In this document: piece by piece, positions 1 through 9,198 of the stretch
Layout: each line of letters opens with the position of its first letter
How positions within the stretch are numbered: the stretch's first letter is position 1
DNA from: Tetramitus jugosus
Taxonomy: Eukaryota; Protista; Heterolobosea
Assembly (NCBI GenBank): GCA_937625935.1
Contig: OW569344.1
Span: 434,001 to 498,000, forward strand
DNA: 64,000 nt
Direction: 5' to 3'
The notes under the pieces: model-generated
Told to the model about the DNA's origin: nothing
Database searches by the model: none
Seen by the model: the letters and a program-made list of their open reading frames with translations, nothing else
Program-made: the position numbers and the translations under genes

Positions 1-1
1 G

Positions 2-619
2 TTTGTTGCACCCGCAACTCCATCCGTTTCGCCAAATGCTTCTCCAGTCAACGCTGTCCAAGCTATTATCGCACGAAGGCAGCAAAGAGACAAGAGAGTG
101 CTTCAGGATTCAGAAGTTGTTAAATCCAAGCTATGTAGCACCAGTTGGAAGAAGCACAGTAGTTTGCTCAAATTTAACCGTCAGAAACAAGGACTGCTGG
201 ATGCCGAACTTCCTACGTTGGATGGAAGAAAAGAAGGACCACCAGGTCTATATGTATATATGAGACAACTATTACAGTTGCAACAGCAACAACAAGCCCC
301 AACCCAACCATCATCAGCGTACACACCTCACCCACAGGTCCCAACACAGGTCCAACATCCAACAGTTACCCAGCAAATACCCGCACAACATCAAGCTCCT
401 CATCTTCCCTATTCTCAACAGCTGCCTCAGCAAACTAATGCACCAACAACTCATGACCATCAAATGTTCCAACCAACTCAAGCTGACAATTTGAACTCGG
501 ACAAGTTGAAAAAGAACAAGAGCAACAAGAAGAAGCGAAACTCCAGAAACAAAAAGCGACCCATAGGTGGTCCTCCAACAACAATGCAGCCTCCAACCAA
601 AATTGCGAAATCTGAATAA
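2..619 (+). CDS. 3' end of a Q/P-rich protein with basic (NLS-like) C-terminus, 5'-truncated by window edge
   Basis: Frame open from position 2 to TAA 617-619; poly-Q, QP-rich low complexity, then KKNKSNKKKRNSRNKKR; no domain recognised. Confidence 0.65.
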   Translation, partial: FVAPATPSVSPNASPVNAVQAIIARRQQRDKRVLQDSEVVKSKLCSTSWKKHSSLLKFNRQKQGLLDAELPTLDGRKEGPPGLYVYMRQLLQLQQQQQAPTQPSSAYTPHPQVPTQVQHPTVTQQIPAQHQAPHLPYSQQLPQQTNAPTTHDHQMFQPTQADNLNSDKLKKNKSNKKKRNSRNKKRPIGGPPTTMQPPTKIAKSE

Positions 620-633
620 ATATGAACAATAAT

Positions 634-3564
634 TTATTGGTAGAAAGTCTTGAGGAGCACGTTTCTTTCGTCGTCGTAAGATAAATAGTTTGCCTCGAGT
701 AGCTTTTCATCCGCCAAGAATGCATCTATCGAGTGGATATCATAAGATCTTACTCTATCCGTAATAAGTTGAACGTCGATAGTCAAGGTTGTGTCGTCAG
801 AGTCCTCTATCTCCTTGTCCACCAGTTCTGTCACAATCTGATTCACCAAATGCAGAATTACTTGATTGTTATCCTTGGGCGACTTGAGATAGTTCTGATA
901 CTTCTTGCGCAATGTACGAGCCACAGCATATTTTTGTGTGGAGATGTAACTATCAAGCATGAGCCTAATAGCTGTTGATACATCGTCATCATTTACTCTG
1001 TCTCTGAGATGCAATCTAGCATTGGCTTCAGCCATACGGATCAAACTTTCCAGATGACGAACACTAATCATGACACCACCACCCATCCTCGAGTCACGTC
1101 TCAAATCAACATAAAAGTTCTTCAATCTGTTCTTGTCCAAACCATCCAATCGAACAACTATGTCCTTTGCACGCGCGATATACTTTTTCAGAAAGTCTTG
1201 TGGAATAGGTAACTCATTATCCTCGTACCAATTCTCTTTCTCTTCCACAATTAGTCGTTCTTCGACCTCTAGTCTCTGTTCTTCTATCTGCTTTTTCCGT
1301 CTTGAAATAGGATGACTGTTTGAGTGACTGTCCACCACGAAGCGAGCTAGTCTTTCATCAATTGCAGGATCTACTGTGTCTTTCACTACACTCAACACAT
1401 CGAATCTAGATAAAATAGGATCAGTTAAATCTACGTTTTCCTTAAATGTCCGTGAAGTATCATATCTACCACGAACAGGATTGGCAGCTGCAACCACAGA
1501 ACATCTAGCCTGAAGCGTAGTGACGATACCCGCTTTAGAAATACTGATTGTTTGTTGTTCCATGGCTTCATGAATACTTGTTCGATCTTGGTCATTCATC
1601 TTGTCAAACTCATCAATAAGACAAACACCACGATCAGCAAGAACAAGAGCTCCTCCTTCCAATGTCCATTCATTTGTCACAGGATCCTTTCTAACACTAG
1701 CTGTCAAACCTACGGCTGTTGAACCTTTACCTGTAGTATACACCGCTCTTCTCGCTGTCTTCTCAATGTACTTTAGAAATTGCGACTTCGCTGTACCTGG
1801 ATCACCAACCAAAAGAATGTTAATGTCACCTCTGACACTGTGCTTATCGTCAATTGTTTTTGGCAATGTTCCTATCATTGCCAAAGCAATAGCTAATTTG
1901 ATTTCCTCGTGACCAAAGATTGAAGGAGCAATCGAATTCACAATCTTGTGTTGTAAATTTTTGCACTTCTTTAACTTGTCCATGTACTTCTTTTCAGTTT
2001 CAGAGAGCATATCAAATTCAATCTTGTCTTGTGTCTTCCTCACAGAGTTCGCTTCAATGACTGTCGAGAACACAGGAAAGCCTTGTTTTACGTTCAACAT
2101 AGCATTATAGCTATGCTTGTACACACCTGTAACCTCAACTTCATCTCCAGGTCTAGCACAGTCGATGAGATCGTTCAATAGAATGACATCTTTCGATCGA
2201 GGAATTCTACCTGCGGAAACACTTCCAGGACTCTCCTGTAGCGTAATCTTTTGATAATTCTGGTACACAGTTTGTGTTTGATTGATATTAAAAGGACCCT
2301 TTGATTGACAGGAAGGGCATGAATTTGGCTTGGGTATTCTGCTTCCTGCACCATTCAATATGATTGGTCCAATCAAGCCACCACACTTACCACAGTCGTA
2401 TTTGACAACTTTTAGCTGAGGGAAAACTGATGTTCTTCTCGTGATTACACCCTTCACAGATAGAAGAATATTCAGATGTGTATGCCTTAAGTCACGTAAA
2501 GTATCAGAGACGGACAATCCATAAAATCGTACGAACCACTCTTGATGAATCTTATCAAAATTTGGATATAGCTCCTTGACTTTTTTGTGCAACACTTCAT
2601 TCATGATGGTCAGCGTATCATCGGGCACATCTGTCAAATAAAGACTTAAAATTGGATTGTATGCAGTCAAATGACCATAATCAACTAGAACACTATGGTT
2701 ATTCGATTGTGCGGCCTTCTCAATCTTTTGATAATAAATACGAGTACCTCCCAATTCAAATTCCTCCAAAAATGACTTGAAGGTCTTGGAGTACAGTTTT
2801 CTGAACTCTTGGTTGGCTACCGTTTCCTTCTTGTCCTTGCTCAAGTGAGCTGCCAAGTCACCCACCACATCGTCATCATCTCCCGTCTCAAGCTCGTCAT
2901 CCTCGTCGTCCCATCTCATGATATTTGGATCATCATAAATCGATTCATAATGCTCCTGTCCGTCCATATCATCATGCAACATACCGGCTTCTCTCATCTT
3001 ACTCAAATGAGCGTCATCATCTCCTCTCTCATCACGCTCTCTCTCCTCCAATGCCACTTCGGCAGCTCTTCTCTGCTCATATGACATGGGTGCATAATCT
3101 CCATCATCCAACAGTGTAGGATCATAATAATTCTCCTCTTCCAACAATTCATAATCATCCATCATATTGTCACCAAACAAATCTTCACCTTCATCATCAG
3201 AGTCCTCTTCAAAATACTTTCTCTCTTCATCTTCATCGGCATCTCCCTCCTCTGCTTCGACAGCATCGGATTCTATACCCAACTCACGAGACATGATAAG
3301 CTTTCTTCGTTGGATTTCTTCAGCAGAGAGCATAGAGTCCTGTTGGCGTTCGTCCTCATCTTCACCATCACCGTCTGCCTCCTCTTCTTCTTCATCGTCT
3401 TCTCCAGCCTCGTCATCCACAACTCCTCCATTCTCTCTTTCATCGTCATTGCCATCGTCTACACTTATATTGTTGGCGTCATCGTCGTCTTCTTCTTCTC
3501 TGTTGGGATTGAGGTTGTTCAAGTCGTCTGTTTCTTCTCCACGTTCTCTCTTGATGGAGGACAT
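634..3564 (-). CDS. MCM2: DNA replication licensing factor MCM2
   Basis: 976 aa intronless ORF; acidic N-terminus with EGEDLFGDNMMDDY histone-binding region, CxxC..CxxC zinc finger, Walker A GDPGTAKSQ, Walker B IDEFDKM, SRFD arginine finger. Confidence 0.97.
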   Translation of the reverse strand: MSSIKRERGEETDDLNNLNPNREEEDDDDANNISVDDGNDDERENGGVVDDEAGEDDEEEEEADGDGEDEDERQQDSMLSAEEIQRRKLIMSRELGIESDAVEAEEGDADEDEERKYFEEDSDDEGEDLFGDNMMDDYELLEEENYYDPTLLDDGDYAPMSYEQRRAAEVALEERERDERGDDDAHLSKMREAGMLHDDMDGQEHYESIYDDPNIMRWDDEDDELETGDDDDVVGDLAAHLSKDKKETVANQEFRKLYSKTFKSFLEEFELGGTRIYYQKIEKAAQSNNHSVLVDYGHLTAYNPILSLYLTDVPDDTLTIMNEVLHKKVKELYPNFDKIHQEWFVRFYGLSVSDTLRDLRHTHLNILLSVKGVITRRTSVFPQLKVVKYDCGKCGGLIGPIILNGAGSRIPKPNSCPSCQSKGPFNINQTQTVYQNYQKITLQESPGSVSAGRIPRSKDVILLNDLIDCARPGDEVEVTGVYKHSYNAMLNVKQGFPVFSTVIEANSVRKTQDKIEFDMLSETEKKYMDKLKKCKNLQHKIVNSIAPSIFGHEEIKLAIALAMIGTLPKTIDDKHSVRGDINILLVGDPGTAKSQFLKYIEKTARRAVYTTGKGSTAVGLTASVRKDPVTNEWTLEGGALVLADRGVCLIDEFDKMNDQDRTSIHEAMEQQTISISKAGIVTTLQARCSVVAAANPVRGRYDTSRTFKENVDLTDPILSRFDVLSVVKDTVDPAIDERLARFVVDSHSNSHPISRRKKQIEEQRLEVEERLIVEEKENWYEDNELPIPQDFLKKYIARAKDIVVRLDGLDKNRLKNFYVDLRRDSRMGGGVMISVRHLESLIRMAEANARLHLRDRVNDDDVSTAIRLMLDSYISTQKYAVARTLRKKYQNYLKSPKDNNQVILHLVNQIVTELVDKEIEDSDDTTLTIDVQLITDRVRSYDIHSIDAFLADEKLLEANYLSYDDERNVLLKTFYQ

Positions 3565-3650
3565 GTTACTTGTTCAGAAAATGTGTAGTTATTTGTTGTG
3601 TGTATTTGACAATGAATGTTTATTCTCCAAAAAATGTGAAACGACTTTTT

Positions 3651-3675
3651 GGGCGGGCAAAAAAGGCGCCAAAAA
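3651..3675 (-). promoter_or_regulatory. Two E2F-like sites upstream of MCM2
   Basis: Minus strand reads TTTTTGGCGCC (3665-3675) and TTTTTTGCCCGCCC (3651-3664), about 90-110 nt upstream of the MCM2 ATG; first matches TTTSSCGC. Confidence 0.55.
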
Positions 3676-3687
3676 GCGTTGCAGATT

Positions 3688-5251
3688 TTACGAGTGAAAA
3701 TTGAGCCAGACTTTGTCGATGCCACGAGCTTCCATCTGTGAACGTAATTTCTTTGAATAGTAGGCATTGGTTGGTACAGAGAATTGGAATCCTTGTGGAC
3801 ACTGGACAGCTTGATCTGTCAACAACCGCGTGGGCGCACCAAAAGTCCATTCACCCTTCATGGTCACACTCTCACAGGCAATGGGTAATATTTGGTCACA
3901 ACTTTCACTGTACCAAGTGCCCTTGTAATTGGATCTTGGATCTTTGGGCTGAATAGTTGAAAAAGTGCAAGATAGATTTGCCAATGGATTGCCCTCTGCC
4001 CATGTCCATATTGTATTCTGAACAAGGGCAGGAGAAGCTTGGTCCAAAGAGATAATCTTTACCCCACAATCCACCAGAGTCTGTATATTGTCCGGTGTTA
4101 TGAGTCCCATATCATCCGGACCATCATAAAATGGACCATACATCACACTTTCTCCACTCACACAGTTCCAATCATTTGAATAGTTGTATGGTTTTTCTAC
4201 ACCCTTTCTCGTGCATTTTGGCCAACCTTCAAAATTGTTCTCATTCTTTCCTGGAAAACCTGTCCAAAGAGGTTCGTGTATGTACGTTCCATTCCAAGTA
4301 GCATAATCATTTGATCCTACCAAAATGATTCTCTTATTCATACTCACGAGTTCATTCATGCTTGGCCAACGATCTGGGAAGAGTAGATTCTTGTCACCAG
4401 GTGTAAAGAGTATTTTCTTCATGAACTGCTCTATGGGTGAAAGTAACTCCTTGTAGTGACCCCAATCCCAATGAGGAGCGTCATTAATGAAAACAAATAC
4501 AATCTCTGATGGATTGCTCTCAATCCAGGCAGCAATCTCTTCCATACCATCTGACCACAATCGATCCGAGAGTGTGCATCCTATCTGATTGGAATCATAC
4601 TCAAATTTCTTATGTAGGGCATCCTCCAACAGCTTAACCAATCTATCAAACCAAGGAAACGAAGTTCCACCATGGCACATCACTAACCGATCAAAGAACC
4701 AAATGGGATCCAAATGCAGTACTCGCACACCAAAATTCAGCTGATCTGTCATGGAATATTCCTGCTGTGCGATAACAATGTCAGTGTTGTTGAAGAAGAA
4801 GTGCAACACTTTGCGTAACAAGTTATCATCTCCTCCATATCCGTCTGCTCTAGCATTGAACGAGTTGTGAGTGCCTACAAATTGAACTTGATTGATTGGA
4901 TCGTTCCTCGCCAGGTAATACTGAGTTTTGAGAGAACTTGAAAGCCATGAGTCCACCTGTACACTGCCAGGAGCACAATGATCGTTCCACAATCGATGAC
5001 ACTTTGTCAGCTCAAACAACTGAAACAACTCAACAAGACCAGAATCATCAAACTGACTCGCATCATGAATGAAGCTCACTTCATCTGAAAGCTTCCATGA
5101 GTTGATTGTCCTGCAAATCATCCGTCAACAGAGTATCAGACGTGATTGTTGTTCTTGATGATGAACCGTCATGAATGATACAGTTCACCCAACCAGCCAA
5201 CACAGACAACCATACAAGCCAGAGCACAATCAGAGCGTTGGTGAACTTCAT
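3688..5251 (-). CDS. Secreted PI-PLC-like (PLC X-domain/TIM barrel) phosphodiesterase with C-terminal Cys-rich lectin-like domain
   Basis: GTHNSFN, QQEYSMTDQLNFGVRVLHLD and MCHG motifs; signal-peptide exon MKFTNALIVLWLVW begins at ATG 5251 in another frame, so an intron is needed; exact 5' structure uncertain. Confidence 0.8.
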
Positions 5252-5492
5252 TGAATTTTTGGTGCAAGACTGGCAAGTTCTTCTCAGAAGTCGGAGTTGA
5301 AAATGAAACCAACCACATCAAAAATGATCATAAAAATTGTTTTTGTATTGTTGTATTGTTGATCAAAAGATACATGTGTGCGTAGACTTGGTTCACATCA
5401 TCATCATTCAAAAAAAGTACACACACTTTGGAGTCTTCCACACAAACTGTCGTCCTTCTCATACACCTTATGTTGTGAGGCACTGGAGCTTT

Positions 5493-5951
5493 TTACTCTT
5501 CGTCAGACTCTTCACCTTCTGATCCTTCTTCTTCAGACTCTTCCTTCTTTGATGCCTTCTTTGGTGCGGCCTTCTTCTTTGGAGCAGCCTTCTTCTTTGG
5601 TGCTGCAGCTCTCTTTGCTCTCTTGCTCTTTGGTTCATCTTCGTCTGATTCCTCTTCTTCAGAAGACTCCTCGTCCTTCTTCTTGGCATTGTATTTCTTC
5701 AAGTCAGCGTCATACACTGTTTTGGCCTTCTTGTAATCAGCATTGAATTTTCCCTTTTCTTCTTCATCGAGCTCCTTCCATCTCTTGCCTAGCTCAGACA
5801 TGATTTCCTTAGCTTTCATATCAGGGTGATCCTCCTTGACGGATTCACGTTCGCTCTTGCAGAACATCATGTAACCAGTGAGTGGCTTTGTTGGTGCATT
5901 TGGGTCCTTTTCTACCTTCTTTTTCTTTTCAGCTGTTCTCTTTGCGCACAT
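5493..5951 (-). CDS. HMG-box chromatin protein (Nhp6/HMGB-like) with acidic tracts and KKAAPK repeats
   Basis: KDPNAPTKPLTGYMMF...LGKRWKEL HMG box; first ATG at 5951. Confidence 0.92.
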   Translation of the reverse strand: MCAKRTAEKKKKVEKDPNAPTKPLTGYMMFCKSERESVKEDHPDMKAKEIMSELGKRWKELDEEEKGKFNADYKKAKTVYDADLKKYNAKKKDEESSEEEESDEDEPKSKRAKRAAAPKKKAAPKKKAAPKKASKKEESEEEGSEGEESDEE

Positions 5952-6278
5952 GTTGTGTATATGGGGTCTGTCTAGTGGTACAAGTGGATTGGTTGTGTGT
6001 TGGTTGAGTTGGGTTGGTTGTGTGAGTTTCAAGCAGAAAATAAACTTTTCAAACAAAAAGTCGATTCACTATTTTTGAGGAGGGTTTGGGTGAGAAAAAT
6101 CTCGACCAACACGCTTCGTTGATCCATGCAGTTTCACACACAGCGAAGGCAATGGAGAAAATAATTGACCTGCGGGCGTTTTGGCCGAACTCACACGAGA
6201 TGAAGTAGACAGAAGGAAAACAAGTCATCATTGTATGTACAGTTTTTTATACAATAAATTACAAAATTTGATTTTGAG

Positions 6279-7567
6279 TTAGAATAAATCCCAATTGGCT
6301 ACTGTAATCTTCTCCCGCATCTTCTCGCAGTCACCCAACAAAAATGGACAGCACTGAACCGTTGTTAGTAGGTCTCGAGGAGTAATCACAAATGAGTCTT
6401 GCTGTGCAATTTGCACCATTTGTTCCTTATCAACCTTGTATTCATTGTCGCTGTTGTCCTCTTCCTCTCCTGCATCTTCGAACTCACTTCGTTTCCGTTT
6501 CTTTGTAATCATATTCTCATTCATGTAAGGTATTTCTTCCGTGTAATGAGTGTAGCTATGAGTCGCAGAGCCAATCTTGAACGAAAAGGGTGACTTTTTA
6601 ACAGTGTATGAGCCCTTCTTTGGTATGAACTCCTGTGTAGTTCTCATGTCCAAAATTTCTTTTGGCACCTTGTTGTTCTTCAATTGAATACACTTGGCAA
6701 TAATGTTCTTGAGATAAATATGAGTGGCTTGAGTAAGCATAGAAACACAGTCGCTATTAATGTCAGAGGAGAGACCAACATCGATCGCAACGGATTCCAT
6801 TCTCTTGCGAATGGTTTCGCGATCCGGCAAGTCCATACTCGACCCTGATTCTTGAATGGCCTTCGTGTTTGCGTTTACAACACCTTGAGTGTGCAGGGCT
6901 AGCAGTGCATCAGCCGGAGTGCACGGCACAGGAATTGCCGATTGATTTTGACCGTATAATTGCGCAGAGGACCCAGCACCCGAAAGTTGCAGTTGACTTG
7001 AGGGTTTGACTAAATGGGAGGCCAATGAACGCTGGTTCTTGCCTGATAACCGACCAGTGGGTTGTCCATACTTGCTTCCAATGTTGCTCTTGGCGCTGAG
7101 AGGTATGTGGTGAGCATAACGAGCATTGTGGAACAGAATTTTGATGAACATGTTATGATAAGGAACTACACGTGGATGAGAAGGAAGGGACAATCAATAC
7201 AAAACAACAGTAAGACAATACAATGAGCAAAAGAGTCAATAAACTTGAACAATCAACAAATGGTGGTTCAAAGCAAATAAAGCTAATCAGCCAAAATGTG
7301 CTTGGATGTCAAGTGCACTGGCAGTTTGAACAAATTTGACATTGCATGATGGAAAAAAAGGATCAACAACTTACCAAAATCAAAACCAAGTTGTAACTGC
7401 AAAATCATGTCCCATTCTTTTTTTGATAATTTCTCTTCAAGGAAAAGGGTGAGTGAAGTCCAATACAAATCAATACGCTCTTTGGAGTTGAGCTTTTGGT
7501 TGATTTTGTGTTGAATTTGAGAAAGGTCGATCCTGTTGACATTGGGATTCACTGATTTCATGATCAT
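6279..7567 (-). CDS. TADA1: SAGA complex subunit Ada1/Tad1, 2 exons
   Basis: Exons 7567-7375 and 7165-6279, intron GTAAGT..GTAG 7374-7166; RIDL..YW..L..FL..KLSKKEWD / HN.FI..I..NA N-terminus and histone fold LPDRETIRKRM..VA..GL. Confidence 0.85.
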
Positions 7568-7785
7568 GTTTTGTGTTTTGGGATGAATTTGTGATTATAG
7601 AATTATTCGTTGAGATGTGACTCTATAACCGCTCTTTGCTTGTGTTACACTGAACAATAACAAGAAGACCATCAACAAACGATCTGTTGGTGTGTGGTTC
7701 AAGGGCGACAAGAAAATTTTTGAGCGACAAATCAAATTTACAATAAACCGACAAATGTTGTTCTTGGTTTTCTGTGATCCATTTT

Positions 7786-8576
7786 TTACTTCTCTAATAT
7801 TTCTGGATGGTTGCCACTGTGTACATAATTTGATGTGAGTGAGAAAAGAACATTTTGAGCAGTATATTGAACAAAGGTACAAAGGATAACATACTCTGAT
7901 CCAGGCACCAACTGTTTGTTACAATTCAGAAAGAGAGAAAATGTTAGAATACACCTCATGTGTCACAAAATACAATAAAGATTACAAAAAATGAACATAC
8001 CATGCAAATGTTGCTTCCATTCAACAAAATAGAAGGTAAGCTCTTCTTCTCTGTTCTTCCATCTTCAGTCGTCACACTGTGCACATACGAAATTTCAAAT
8101 GTTAAAAAACAAATCCAACAACAAAAAACAACTCGTAAGAAAACAGCATCACTTACAATTCCGTAACATCTTCCAACACCATGTCTTTACAATTAAAAAT
8201 ATTCAACAACAAATAATAAACACCATTGTCAGCATCTCCATGAAAAACACAACAACAACAAATATGATCATCTCTCGAACGAAGAAAAAAGTTCACTTGG
8301 AATTGTCCACCACACACATACTGATATAATCATCGAAACCTCTCAAAGTTCCAACAATTTGCTTCTCGTCTCTCATCACTACAAAGATCTTTGATCCTAT
8401 TTTGCATTTAAAACAGAGAGGTCACACACAATAAACGTTTGTTGTTAGAAATTGGTGTTGCTCGTAATGAGATGTTCCAGTGGACAAAATGACGAGTAGT
8501 TACATGACTTACCAATGCAACGATCAACAAGTGCCATTGGTAAAACACCACAGGTCGTAGGAGTACCACCGCTCAT
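7786..8576 (-). CDS. LSM5: U6 snRNA-associated Sm-like protein LSm5, 6 exons (absent from ORF track)
   Basis: Exons 8576-8513, 8396-8322, 8184-8157, 8076-8001, 7911-7895, 7816-7786 joined by GT-AG introns give [96 protein letters not shown]. Confidence 0.93.
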
Positions 8577-8687
8577 TTCTTCTTCTTTTTTTCAAGTTTT
8601 TTTTGTTCAAAGAGCGGCAAATTGCATGAAAAACACCGCCTGTTCAAACAACCACACCAGAAAACAAAACAAAACCTGGAAGAGACA

Positions 8688-9035
8688 ATGGGAGGTGTTA
8701 CATCAACAGAAGTGTCTCCACAAGTGACTCAATTTGTGAATCAGGCAATTGCTGAGAATGGAATCGTGATATTCTCCAAATCTTATTGTCCTTATTGCGT
8801 CAGAGTGAAAAGCTTGTTTCAAAGTTTGAATCAATCAGTTTATTGCATCGAACTGGATCAGAGAAGTGAAGGTTCTGAGATACAGAATGAGTTGTATCGA
8901 TTGACAAATCAGTCTACTGTGCCCAACGTGTTCATTCATGGACAACACATTGGTGGTTGCGATGACACAACAGCACTGCACAGACAAGGAAGGCTCATTG
9001 ATATTCTGAACAAGCAGCGGCAACAACAACAATAG
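8688..9035 (+). CDS. Dithiol glutaredoxin (CPYC), probable N-myristoylation
   Basis: FSKSYCPYC, TVPNVFI, IGGCDD; ATG 8688 gives MGGVTS (G2, S6). Confidence 0.93.
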   Translation: MGGVTSTEVSPQVTQFVNQAIAENGIVIFSKSYCPYCVRVKSLFQSLNQSVYCIELDQRSEGSEIQNELYRLTNQSTVPNVFIHGQHIGGCDDTTALHRQGRLIDILNKQRQQQQ

Positions 9036-9198
9036 TACAATTGTTGATTGAAATGCTAGATTGTTTCTCAGTCTCATAGAATCCTCAATATGATTGTTGT
9101 TGATGATGGCGATGATGACTTCTCTGTACAAATCATCAACAAACACACGCGTGAATAAATGGTCATTTCTGTCAATATTTGTCGAGAGGTTCATTCAC

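Noticed and set aside
3167-3697. Long antisense Ser-rich ORFs (also opposite PARP, DCAF1, NDK, IFT57 and VPS13)
   Set aside because: Shadows of GAA/GAT-rich sense coding sequence
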